Below, piece by piece: positions 1 through 9,396 of a stretch of DNA of 64,000 nt. Under the pieces are notes generated by a model. It did no database searches and was not told the DNA's origin. It saw only the letters and a list, made by a program, of their open reading frames with translations. This DNA comes from a virus (lineage: Duplodnaviria; Caudoviricetes), in the IMG/VR virus record IMGVR_UViG_3300031555_004294, positions 192,001-256,000 of that record; one strand, 5' to 3'. Numbering within the stretch: the first letter of the stretch is position 1; the number at the start of each line of letters is the position of its first letter. The translations under genes and the position numbers were made by a program.

Positions 1-3000
1 GTAATCATTAATTATAGTGTTTCCTTGGATTATGAATTCAAATTCTTCATCTTCCAAATAGCTTTCTATAGAGTTACATAATTCGAGGATATATTGGTTG
101 AAAATTAACTCTCTATCGTTACTATTCTCATTAGCAGATGTTACACATTTGTTAATATAGTTAGCTAGATTTTCATCAGTTTCTTGTAGGTAGCTATAGA
201 AAGTTTTATTATTTCCAAATATCTCATTTCTGTAATTACTAGTGCACAAACAATAATACAATGCTTGGTAATGTCTGAAAACTCTATAATCATTAGTTTT
301 CATAATTTTTTCTTCCAAATCTTTTCTAAAGTCATTGTTAGTTTTAAAGATATCTACAAAGGTATGCTGACTCATATTTCTATCTAAGTTTATAGTTTTT
401 AGATATGTGTCTTTTCTCCTTTGTAAAGTCTCATTTGTTAATGCAATAACTTCATCAGGTTTTTCAGAAATTCCAGTTCTGTGATTTTGAACGCTTCTTT
501 GAATATAGAAATCATAACTAGGATTTGTGTCAAAATTAGTTAAAAATTCTTCTATAGCTTCTTTTGACAATATTTTTTTCTTGTTCCACAATCTATAATA
601 TTCGACTTCGCTAAAAAATATTGACGATGTGAAATTATAGGTATCAATTAGTTCTTCATACCGTTTAATATTGTTTTCTACATTATTAGCATCAAATTCG
701 TCATTTAAAAATTTATAGGTGATGTACTTAAAATATACATCTGAGAATACAAGATTCCTGTCTAATAAAAATTCTCTAAAATTAGATTCTGTACTATTAC
801 CATCAAAGAATTCATCACATTTAAGAACGATTACTTGTTCTTCAATGCAATAGCTTTCTTTATACTCTTTTTCTTCACGATCATTTCTCACTGATGTTAA
901 GTATACTGTTGTATAGTACAATGCTAGTACTTTTCTAAAATATAAATTTTCTGGTAGAGACGATTTAAATGCATCTAGCGTAATTTCACGATTTACAAAC
1001 TGTTTTGCTAATTCAGTATATTCTGTTTTTAGTTCAAAAGTCTTTATAAAATTATCAAATGACGTAAAAGATATACTACCACTGAAGAAGCTTTCAATAT
1101 GATTATGAACTGAATTTAAGTCAATGTACGACTTAAAATCATAAATTTCAGAAAGTCTACTATATGTGTCATGACTCATATGGTTATTTTTAAACTTTCT
1201 GTAATTGTCAATTAGATTTTCTATAGTAGATCGATTTGATAGATCCTCAAAAGCTTCTTTATTAGCTTCTTTGATTTCATTAAATTCGTCTTCTGTTATA
1301 TTTAGTCTAACATACTCCTGAATGTAGTGGTTTACTAGAACTAAGTCTTTATCAAGATTGTAGCGTTTCAAATACCCATAGAATTTATCTTCTTCTTGTG
1401 CTTGAACGGTACTAATAATATACTCTGTAACTGAAGAATAATTTCCACTTTCAATTAGCTTTGCTGCTATATCTTGTTTATGTTCTTGTAAGTAAGTTTC
1501 AAACGTATAAGTATCTTCAGTTATTGTATCATCTTCATTGGCAATATACTCATCGTAATAAGTGTTGTATATCTTCTCACGATCTACTTTTGAAAGATAG
1601 TTATAAAAATTGTAATTGTTGTCAATCTCTGGTACTATGAAATTATCGACATACTTTTTTAACGTATAGGTTTTTTCATTTAAACCATGTTTAGTTAAAT
1701 ATGAGTTGTAAACCTTTTTTAAATCATTTTGTTGACTAATTTCAAGACACTCAAATAAGTCAAATTTTTTAGAAAGAATATATTTACTTGTAAAATTGTA
1801 AACATCATCTAGCAAATCTTCATAATTAAAACCATAGACTCTAGCAATTGCAGATGGTGTCTTAACAATATTGTCAACATAATTGTATTTTTTCATGGTT
1901 AAACTGTACAATGCTAGTAACGCATTAAGCAAACTAACCTTATTAGGTGCGACAGTGTAATTGTAAAAATACAAGTTGTTAAGTCCAGATTTATTAGAAT
2001 TTCTATACTTGTCTTCAATATAGTACAGTAGACTTGAAAAATTTGAAAAATCAATACCAAATTTGGTGAGATTCATGAAACTATCTACCGAAATGTACTT
2101 AGAGTAGATAAAATTAAATGAGTCGTTTATAAGCTGCAAATACTCATTTGAATAGTTTCCGTTTTCATCCTTTTCACTAGAAACATACCAGTATTTGTCA
2201 TCCTTTATAAAGTCTTCGTAATCAAATTTAGTATGCTTTTCTGGATCTTTAATTGCCAATTCAATATTTGTTTCTTCAGCATCAACACCATAGAATGCAA
2301 GTTTAGCTTTGTCAACTAAAATATTACCAGTACTATCCTTCTCGTACTCCTTGCACATAAAGTATTTCATAACTCTAATGTTGTCAAAGCCAAAGATTTC
2401 TAGAACATTGATAATTGCTTTAGTTGTACCTTTATTTTTGATGAGGTAGTTTATATTCTTTAAAATACGTTTTTGGTACTTTAATGGAAAGTCAAAGAAA
2501 TAATCTAGACCATAAGATAAGAAAAGGTTTCTAATTGAATACTCATCAAAGAAATCTATGTCATCTATATTTTCCATATGCGAAGCTAAGAATCTTTGAA
2601 TTGCTAAGAAAATTATCATTAACTTGCACAAGTTATTATAATTTGGATTATCTAGTTTATATGCTTGATTATAACAAGTTTTGATAAAGTAATTTTGTGC
2701 AGAACTATAACATTCCTTAAATTTTTTTACTTCATATGCAGATAAAATACCTTCTTTGTAATGCAGAATTGAAAAATTCTGATACATACGTGCCGCTACA
2801 AAAAAAGGAAGATTTGTATTTTCCATAAAATCTTCTAAAGTATTTAGAATTGTTTCTTCATCTTTAATAAAAGTCTCGTAGATATTTTTGTAGTAGGGAT
2901 TCATTTCTCCCTTTCTCATGTATGCAGTATAAATTGAGAAACGTTTTTGTTCTAATAGTAGATTCTCTCGATTACCGCCATCAAGATTGTCTTTTCTTCT

Positions 3001-3246
3001 CAAATCTTGTATGGTACTACAAGAAGCATCTACAGAGCTAATGTCATTCACAGATATATTGTAATTTTCTACTCTATCTGATCTAAGCACAGCTCTAGTT
3101 AATTCATATGCTCTTGAAGAACTTTCCATAGTTTCAGTAAGTTCTGCTTTATCTTCATCCTTGATTATTAATTTCTCGCAAAAATCTATAATTCTACTAA
3201 ACTCTATCATTGAACGTTTATCAGTGAAATATGTTTTCATTTCCAT
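1..3246 (-). CDS. Large virion structural protein, probable baseplate wedge subunit (runs off the left edge, >1082 aa)
   Basis: Not in the ORF track because it lacks a stop in the window. ATG at 3246 (MEMKTYFTDKRSMIEF...), GGAGG RBS upstream, and the frame is open at both ends where I read it. Contains YGLDYFFDFPLKYQKRILKNINYLIKNKGTTKAIINVLEIFGF, a KGT motif typical of baseplate wedge/tail-I-like proteins. Late-promoter motif at 3293-3304. Confidence 0.6.
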   Translation of the reverse strand, partial: MEMKTYFTDKRSMIEFSRIIDFCEKLIIKDEDKAELTETMESSSRAYELTRAVLRSDRVENYNISVNDISSVDASCSTIQDLRRKDNLDGGNRENLLLEQKRFSIYTAYMRKGEMNPYYKNIYETFIKDEETILNTLEDFMENTNLPFFVAARMYQNFSILHYKEGILSAYEVKKFKECYSSAQNYFIKTCYNQAYKLDNPNYNNLCKLMIIFLAIQRFLASHMENIDDIDFFDEYSIRNLFLSYGLDYFFDFPLKYQKRILKNINYLIKNKGTTKAIINVLEIFGFDNIRVMKYFMCKEYEKDSTGNILVDKAKLAFYGVDAEETNIELAIKDPEKHTKFDYEDFIKDDKYWYVSSEKDENGNYSNEYLQLINDSFNFIYSKYISVDSFMNLTKFGIDFSNFSSLLYYIEDKYRNSNKSGLNNLYFYNYTVAPNKVSLLNALLALYSLTMKKYNYVDNIVKTPSAIARVYGFNYEDLLDDVYNFTSKYILSKKFDLFECLEISQQNDLKKVYNSYLTKHGLNEKTYTLKKYVDNFIVPEIDNNYNFYNYLSKVDREKIYNTYYDEYIANEDDTITEDTYTFETYLQEHKQDIAAKLIESGNYSSVTEYIISTVQAQEEDKFYGYLKRYNLDKDLVLVNHYIQEYVRLNITEDEFNEIKEANKEAFEDLSNRSTIENLIDNYRKFKNNHMSHDTYSRLSEIYDFKSYIDLNSVHNHIESFFSGSISFTSFDNFIKTFELKTEYTELAKQFVNREITLDAFKSSLPENLYFRKVLALYYTTVYLTSVRNDREEKEYKESYCIEEQVIVLKCDEFFDGNSTESNFREFLLDRNLVFSDVYFKYITYKFLNDEFDANNVENNIKRYEELIDTYNFTSSIFFSEVEYYRLWNKKKILSKEAIEEFLTNFDTNPSYDFYIQRSVQNHRTGISEKPDEVIALTNETLQRRKDTYLKTINLDRNMSQHTFVDIFKTNNDFRKDLEEKIMKTNDYRVFRHYQALYYCLCTSNYRNEIFGNNKTFYSYLQETDENLANYINKCVTSANENSNDRELIFNQYILELCNSIESYLEDEEFEFIIQGNTIINDY

Positions 3247-3292
3247 ATGGTACAAATCTACCTCCTTCCCTTATTTTTATATTTTTTTCGAT

Positions 3293-3304
3293 TATTGTAT
3301 TGTT
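3293..3304 (-). promoter_or_regulatory. AACA-N6-TA late-type promoter (representative minus-strand copy)
   Basis: Same motif on the minus strand at 10145, 17359, 24780, 32705, 55774, 56243, 61477, 62929 and 63649, each just upstream of a gene. Confidence 0.7.
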
Positions 3305-3400
3305 GAGAGAATGAAAATTTAAAGAACTAAGAATTAATCTCATGGAACATAGAAAAAAAGAAGTTAAGCTTATTTACTTAACCTCTTTTTCGAACTTCAT

Positions 3401-3757
3401 TTATTTCGTTAACTCTAAAAGTTGTTTTTCCAAAGCATTAAACTGGATCATTTTGTTTAGTAAATTGAAGTTGTCGATCTCATACTTCTCAAGTATCTCG
3501 TAGTTGTAATAATCGTCTATGTTTAGTAAATCATCATAGTATTGAACGATGTTTTCATCTTCAGTTAGATTAAGTAAAGAAACTCTATCCTTTAATGTAA
3601 GATCATCGTTATACGCATTTAAAAAGATAATGCATTTTCTGAAGCATATAATCTCTGCATCATTAAATCTTATTACTACTCCAACCTCATAATTCTTAGT
3701 TAATACTGCTGTAAATGGTTGTAAAACATGTTTACTTAAATTCTCCTTTTTATTCAT
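3401..3757 (-). CDS. Hypothetical protein
   Basis: 118 aa ORF with AGGAG RBS and an upstream TATATAT motif. Confidence 0.6.
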   Translation of the reverse strand: MNKKENLSKHVLQPFTAVLTKNYEVGVVIRFNDAEIICFRKCIIFLNAYNDDLTLKDRVSLLNLTEDENIVQYYDDLLNIDDYYNYEILEKYEIDNFNLLNKMIQFNALEKQLLELTK

Positions 3758-3881
3758 TATTTCTCTCCTTTAGTAAAAGACTAGTTAATGGTTACAGCTT
3801 AAAGATATATAGCCATAAACGTTTAAAATACGTTTTCAACAACTATATAAAATAACAATAGAAAGGATGGTGTATGTATAA

Positions 3882-4571
3882 ATGATACTAGAAAATGATA
3901 AGATCATAGATATTTCATCCACAACAGATGAAAATGGAAATGTTTCAATACAATCACCTAAATCTTATTATAAGTTACCTTACTATGTAACTGCTTTTTA
4001 TGAAGATAGCGAATACACAAAGTTTATAAAAAATGTTGAAAAAGATATAAGACGTTCTGATGAATATTCAGCGTATTTATGGAGTCTGAGAAATTTAGGA
4101 ATGGAAAATTGTGCGTTTCTAGGAAATGTTAATGATGAAAACGCAACCATTGAATTTCACCACTATCCATTTACTTTATATGACATCGTAAGTACGGTAA
4201 TTGAAAAACGTCTGTACAATAAAGAGTACACTAGTACATTCTTAGTAGCTAGTGAAGTATTAAAACTACATTTTGATAATAAGATTGGCTTGATACCTCT
4301 ATCTAAAACTGTACATGAATTAGTTCATGCTGGAGAAGTTTTCATTAATCTAAATCAAGTCTTTGGCAATTATCAACAATTTGTAAACGAGTATGAAATG
4401 TTTATACCATTAGAAGCTAAAAATAACTACAACAAAGTGGTGGAAGCTAGTAAAAATGATGTTGCATATAGTAGCAATGACATTTTAAAATACAATGGGA
4501 ATAACAAATCAATAGTGGTTGAAGCTGATTTTGCTCCTTCAATTGCAAAAGAAGAAGAGGATACTGATTAA
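3882..4571 (+). CDS. HNH-like His-rich protein, paralogue of 9397..10104
   Basis: C-x-FL-x-N...EFHHYPF...PLSKTVHELVH motif, shared nearly verbatim with 9397..10104. Confidence 0.6.
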   Translation: MILENDKIIDISSTTDENGNVSIQSPKSYYKLPYYVTAFYEDSEYTKFIKNVEKDIRRSDEYSAYLWSLRNLGMENCAFLGNVNDENATIEFHHYPFTLYDIVSTVIEKRLYNKEYTSTFLVASEVLKLHFDNKIGLIPLSKTVHELVHAGEVFINLNQVFGNYQQFVNEYEMFIPLEAKNNYNKVVEASKNDVAYSSNDILKYNGNNKSIVVEADFAPSIAKEEEDTD

Positions 4572-4593
4572 TTTCAGTATCCTCATTTCATGT

Positions 4594-4875
4594 TTAGTAT
4601 CTTACAAATTCTGAATAAAGTTCATCATATCTATAGGTTTCTTTATCAATTTGTCCTGCGTTTATAGCTATCTCTAAGGCTTCAACTCTATCAACAAATC
4701 TTTCTGTATTAGTTAAGAAACCTTGTTGCTCATTTTTAAGATCTCTCATTGAACGATATATATCTGCACAAGAAAACCAGTTAATGCAATATGCATGATT
4801 CGGTCCCCAAACAATATCAAATTCTTCTTGACCCTTAAGTCGATATTTGATTGCAGCTGCTTTAATTCTTTCCAT
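4594..4875 (-). CDS. Conserved phage hypothetical protein
   Basis: QGFLTNTERFVDRxEAxxIAxxAGQI...LYSE pattern, common in phage small proteins. Confidence 0.6.
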   Translation of the reverse strand: MERIKAAAIKYRLKGQEEFDIVWGPNHAYCINWFSCADIYRSMRDLKNEQQGFLTNTERFVDRVEALEIAINAGQIDKETYRYDELYSEFVRY

Positions 4876-4896
4876 TTATAAATACCTTCTCTTCAT

Positions 4897-5193
4897 TTAA
4901 ATTGCAAATTTAGAAATCAAAGAGTAAATATCTCTATCGCATTCTACATAAACAGTATTCCAGTCTACTTCATGAGCATTATATTTTCGTTTTCTTTGTA
5001 AATTTGCTTTCATAACCAATGAACAGAGCAAAGACTTTGCACTTAGCATCCATTCACTATCATTTTCATCTTTTCCACGAACAATGACTTCATAAGGAAT
5101 TTTAGTGCAAATACTAACAAATTCCTCAATATCACTATCAGAATTCAGTGCAATATAAGTTCTGTATAGATGCTTTTCATTTGTGTTTTCCAT
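4897..5193 (-). CDS. HPr-like protein
   Basis: FVxxCxKIPYEVIV...SAKSLL resembles the HPr Ser46 motif (AKSI/L); no His15 motif visible. Confidence 0.55.
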   Translation of the reverse strand: MENTNEKHLYRTYIALNSDSDIEEFVSICTKIPYEVIVRGKDENDSEWMLSAKSLLCSLVMKANLQRKRKYNAHEVDWNTVYVECDRDIYSLISKFAI

Positions 5194-5236
5194 ATGTATT
5201 ATCCTCCTTTCTTTTATCCTCCAATATTTTTGTTAA

Positions 5237-5425
5237 TTATTTTTTTACAATCTTTTCATTAGCAACATCTATTGCATTGTCAATAGCATAGTACAAATTT
5301 GTAAGATAAGCTATTTCAGTTTTATCTCTACCTTCTTGTCTCAGAAGTATACAAACTTCTGAAAGAGAATTTTTAAGGTTTTCCTTAATATCTTGTAGAA
5401 GAGCGTTATTTTCTGTCAATTTCAT
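5237..5425 (-). CDS. Hypothetical protein
   Basis: 62 aa ORF with RBS, within a minus-strand run. Confidence 0.5.
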   Translation of the reverse strand: MKLTENNALLQDIKENLKNSLSEVCILLRQEGRDKTEIAYLTNLYYAIDNAIDVANEKIVKK

Positions 5426-5497
5426 AAAACAAAATCCCTTTCTAAAAAAAAATGTCTATAGGCTCCATTGAAGGAACCTATAGACAATAAAATTTTA

Positions 5498-5929
5498 TTA
5501 CTTACTCATCTTAGCTGCAAGTTCAGCTTGTTCAGCTTCATACTTAGCCTTTTCACGTTTTGCATTTTCAGTAATAGCCATGAGAATCAGTTCATTGACG
5601 AGTGCAAAGTCATCACAACCCTGATAGTCATTTTCAGTAGTAAAATTCTTCTGACTATATTCTGTTACGTTAGGTTCAATCACAAAGAAACGTCCAGCTA
5701 CATTAGAATACGCAGGAACAATCTTAAAGAATCTGATTTTGGGAATATTTCTCTGTAATTGTGCCGCATAAATGATTGCTTCATCTTGACTTGGGAAGAT
5801 TAAATTTCTGCCATTTTCATCTACCAAATCAGTTACAGCTTTAGACAGATAATCATTTAACTCTTCATCAGTCATGTTAGTAATGCTTTTTGCATCTAAT
5901 TCGTTAAAGTTCATAATTTTGTCCTCCAT
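5498..5929 (-). CDS. Hypothetical protein
   Basis: 143 aa ORF coupled to the upstream ORF (shared base 5929), followed by a terminator-like hairpin. Confidence 0.65.
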   Translation of the reverse strand: MEDKIMNFNELDAKSITNMTDEELNDYLSKAVTDLVDENGRNLIFPSQDEAIIYAAQLQRNIPKIRFFKIVPAYSNVAGRFFVIEPNVTEYSQKNFTTENDYQGCDDFALVNELILMAITENAKREKAKYEAEQAELAAKMSK

Positions 5930-6123
5930 TATTTATAGTGTTTACAAGCACTCTTAGCTCTATCTTTGTATTTACTACAAAAACCATAATCATTATCTTC
6001 GCATTCATTGTTTCTACATTTGTTGAATTGGTTGCGTTTTATTCGCTTACCACCTTTTGAACGAACATTCAAATCATCATAGTTGTCATTAAACTTTGTC
6101 TTTCGTTTAAAATCGTCCTTCAT
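5929..6123 (-). CDS. Small basic hypothetical protein
   Basis: 64 aa ORF with RBS; stop overlaps the next start. Confidence 0.5.
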   Translation of the reverse strand: MKDDFKRKTKFNDNYDDLNVRSKGGKRIKRNQFNKCRNNECEDNDYGFCSKYKDRAKSACKHYK

Positions 6124-6145
6124 TTTGTGAAAAAACCTTTCCTTC

Positions 6146-6913
6146 TTAAATTAAAATTGAGATCAAAGGTACTATGAAGTTTATATAATTATAGGAAATG
6201 TCAATATTTTGTAAAAGCTCATCATTAGCATCGTCCAAATACAGAACATATTTTGTATATCGATCACTTAGTCTGTAACTGTTATTTGGATTAATTTCTC
6301 TATAAAACTCTATAGGTAATTTTCTCTCCAAATAATCTAGACGTAATTTTTGCAAATTCTTAAATATCAATTCCTTATTGTTAGCTTTTTCATTGAGTTT
6401 TATAATTGAGCAAATATGAGCTAACAATGGATGATCATTATCTACAGCTCCTTTGATGTCAAAATTGTTATTCCATACAGAATAGTAAAACTCAATTTTG
6501 TTCAGATAGCAATATGAACTATAACGATTTTTCATAGAAAATTCTATGTTATTACCTACTTTAAGATTTTTACATTGTTTTTTGATTACAAATATAGCAT
6601 CTTTTTTGATGGACAAAATATCAGCATTTTCCAACTCATTTTGATTACAAAATTCAACTCTTGCTTCTTTAAATGCATTCATCAGGTTTCTAGTAAAAAT
6701 ACTATTGTCGATTTGCAATTTTCCTATTTCTATAGTTCTTTCTTGTTTGGTAAAATTCTCTTCTAGATACTTAATTTTACTAGGCTTGAGTAATTCATAC
6801 TCTTTGATGAGATTGAAACCAGCTTCTTTCATATCATATTCTCGAATTACAGATTTTAGGAGACCTATATCGTGATTGATATAAAGATGCTGATTGGCTA
6901 AAGTTGCTGACAT
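6146..6913 (-). CDS. Divergent DNA polymerase palm-like protein
   Basis: EYDMKEAG and ILSIKKDAIFV resemble polymerase motif A and motif C acidic residues; only 255 aa. Confidence 0.45.
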   Translation of the reverse strand: MSATLANQHLYINHDIGLLKSVIREYDMKEAGFNLIKEYELLKPSKIKYLEENFTKQERTIEIGKLQIDNSIFTRNLMNAFKEARVEFCNQNELENADILSIKKDAIFVIKKQCKNLKVGNNIEFSMKNRYSSYCYLNKIEFYYSVWNNNFDIKGAVDNDHPLLAHICSIIKLNEKANNKELIFKNLQKLRLDYLERKLPIEFYREINPNNSYRLSDRYTKYVLYLDDANDELLQNIDISYNYINFIVPLISILI

Positions 6914-6930
6914 AAAAATCGCTCTTTCCT

Positions 6931-7587
6931 CTAAATTTCTATAATATCTTCAACTTCTGCAAATCTACCATAGTCTTCATATTTGTAGATTGCTGAATAT
7001 ACGCATTGATCCTTATATTTGTTGTATACATTAATTAGTTCGTTTCTTTCTTTTTCTAAAAATTTAGAGTCTCTATTTTTACGTCTACCATCTTCTGAAA
7101 TATTTTCATTATCGATATCAAATAACAGTATCATTGGAATTACAGATAGTTTTTCTTCATTTATGAAATCAAATAGATCATTTATAGCATCATAACTAGC
7201 AATGACTGTATTAATTTTATTGTCTGCAAATAAAGGTAATGTTCCATACTGATTTTCATTAAACGATTTTAATCTTGCAATTAAAGAATCTTGCATGTAA
7301 TCATAAACGTCTTTGTTCACAAAGTAATATCCATTGTCATTGTCATTACGTTTTTCTCTAGTAGTAATTTGAGGTAGTTTATTAAAATAAATTGGGTGTG
7401 TCGCAATTAATTTCTCTTCAAATGTTGTTTTACCACTACCAGAGCAACCAGCAATAATTAATAACAGATTTGGGTTTTCATCAAACTTACAATGACAAAT
7501 TCTCTTTCTAAGATCATCATAATACGTTGTTTTATTGAAAAGACCAGATGATAGAAGTTGTTTAATATACAATCGTTGTTTTATCAT
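6931..7587 (-). CDS. Guanylate kinase-like NMP kinase
   Basis: P-loop GCSGSGKTT, TTREKR, GYYFV, YG motifs. Confidence 0.75.
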   Translation of the reverse strand: MIKQRLYIKQLLSSGLFNKTTYYDDLRKRICHCKFDENPNLLLIIAGCSGSGKTTFEEKLIATHPIYFNKLPQITTREKRNDNDNGYYFVNKDVYDYMQDSLIARLKSFNENQYGTLPLFADNKINTVIASYDAINDLFDFINEEKLSVIPMILLFDIDNENISEDGRRKNRDSKFLEKERNELINVYNKYKDQCVYSAIYKYEDYGRFAEVEDIIEI

Positions 7588-7591
7588 ATCT

Positions 7592-8434
7592 TTACCTTCT
7601 CTTTCTTTTTTGTTCTTTGTAATCGCTTAGATTCATTTCTTGTAGTTTTTCTTTAATCGCATTCTTACATAGTTTATCACAAATGTTATTCATTAATGTT
7701 GCTTTGCTACTATCAGTTTTAATAGGAGTGTGTCCCTTCACCCAACTTATATAAACATCCAAACAGTTTAGATAAAAATACAATTCATTAAGTAATTCTC
7801 GCATTATTTCAGAATAGTATGTTGAAACTTCTTCAGCCTTACATTTTTTGATAACAGATTTGATTACTTTTGGACGAATAATATAACTTTGTAGATTTTG
7901 GCTGTCACTACTAATTATGATTTTAGAATTTTTTAAATGTATTCTATTTTCAGTCTTATACAAATGTCTAAAAGCAACTAATACTGCTAATAATTCCGTA
8001 ATATTGTTATCTAAAAATTGCTCATAAACATTAGTAGTTCTAAAAATTTCCGTACCATCTTTGTAAACGATAACAGATAATGCAGATAATTTTATAGAGT
8101 CTTTGTCGTTACCATAATTATATACACCACCATCACAATAAATAGTATAGATTGTACCAGAAAATTCTTTATCTGAGTCTTTAACTAATTTGAAGACTTG
8201 TGAATTTTGGATTTTTATTTTGTTTGCTTGTGTTAATAGACAATGATATTTTAAATAACCTTTTTCAATTTCCTTATGTTTAATAATGAATCCATAATTT
8301 TCAAATCGAACATTATTGGTTACTTTTTCTATCTTCTTTATAACATCGCATTCATAGTAATTGGTAGCAATAAAAATCATCCTCCTTCTATAATCATTTT
8401 CTAATGGGCAGACCATTTTCTTGTAAAATTTCAT
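7592..8434 (-). CDS. Ribonuclease HI-like protein (paralogue 2)
   Basis: YCDGG, NNITELLAV, SSDSQ, WVKGH, NNICDKL supply the RNase H D-E-D-D residues. Confidence 0.75.
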   Translation of the reverse strand: MKFYKKMVCPLENDYRRRMIFIATNYYECDVIKKIEKVTNNVRFENYGFIIKHKEIEKGYLKYHCLLTQANKIKIQNSQVFKLVKDSDKEFSGTIYTIYCDGGVYNYGNDKDSIKLSALSVIVYKDGTEIFRTTNVYEQFLDNNITELLAVLVAFRHLYKTENRIHLKNSKIIISSDSQNLQSYIIRPKVIKSVIKKCKAEEVSTYYSEIMRELLNELYFYLNCLDVYISWVKGHTPIKTDSSKATLMNNICDKLCKNAIKEKLQEMNLSDYKEQKRKRR

Positions 8435-9128
8435 TTATAGATTCATTGCACAATCTATCACATTTTACATTCATTTCGTTCCATATAGTGTCTCTATCGT
8501 CTTCATGTCCTCTAACCCAACAAGTTAAAATTTCAAACTCAGGATTATGTAAGTATCTGTTAAATGATTCTAACAATTCCTTATTTGCAACTGGTTTTCC
8601 TTCATTATTTCTCCAGTTTCTTTTAATATAACCAGTAAGCCATTCATTGATGGACTTTATAAAATATTGTGAGTCAGATACTAATATTACAAATTTCTTA
8701 GTATCATTGTAATTCTCATTTAAAAAATCTAATCCATCTAATCCAGCTCTTAACTCACAATAATTATTGGTAACGTCTTTTTCTGCTTTACTATTACAAA
8801 AAATTTCCTTACCATTTTTGGTTACAATAGTAGCCATACTACCAAAAACTGGTTTATTTGGATCTTTACCGCCATTGTTAAAAGAACCACCATCTGAAAA
8901 AATCATATAAACATCATCTTTAAATGTAATATCGTCACCTGAAATTATTCTTAAATTTTCTGGTAATTTATCGACCAAATCAATATTATCTTTGTAGAAA
9001 AAGCAATCCTTATAAGTAGTCTTTCTAGTTTGTTTACTATAAGTTTTTGATTTAAATGGGATATTGTGCTCTTCTAACCAGATATTTCGATAATCTGAAT
9101 TTTCCAATGTAAGTTTAAAAAATTTCAT
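8394..9128 (-). CDS. rnhA: Ribonuclease HI
   Basis: FSDGG, TNNYCELRA, SDSQY, W...NW...GKPVANKEL, WVRGH, NVKCDRL. Confidence 0.85.
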   Translation of the reverse strand: MKFFKLTLENSDYRNIWLEEHNIPFKSKTYSKQTRKTTYKDCFFYKDNIDLVDKLPENLRIISGDDITFKDDVYMIFSDGGSFNNGGKDPNKPVFGSMATIVTKNGKEIFCNSKAEKDVTNNYCELRAGLDGLDFLNENYNDTKKFVILVSDSQYFIKSINEWLTGYIKRNWRNNEGKPVANKELLESFNRYLHNPEFEILTCWVRGHEDDRDTIWNEMNVKCDRLCNESINEILQENGLPIRK

Positions 9129-9396
9129 AATTTTTCCTCCTCTATTATAGTTCTTTTATAATATATCTTTATATTTTCTTTTAAAAAAATAAAATTTCAA
9201 TTCCCTTAACTCCTATTTTAAGAGTTAAGGGAATTTATATAAAATAAAAATGAATATAAAAATTACAACAGGAGAAAATAGAAACAAAACAGATTAAACC
9301 ACAAAAAGAAGATGCAAACCATGATTAATAATTTTTTTTTTGGAGGTAAGGAAATTAATTCAATTCTATCTTATATTCATTTTTATGAACAAAAAG

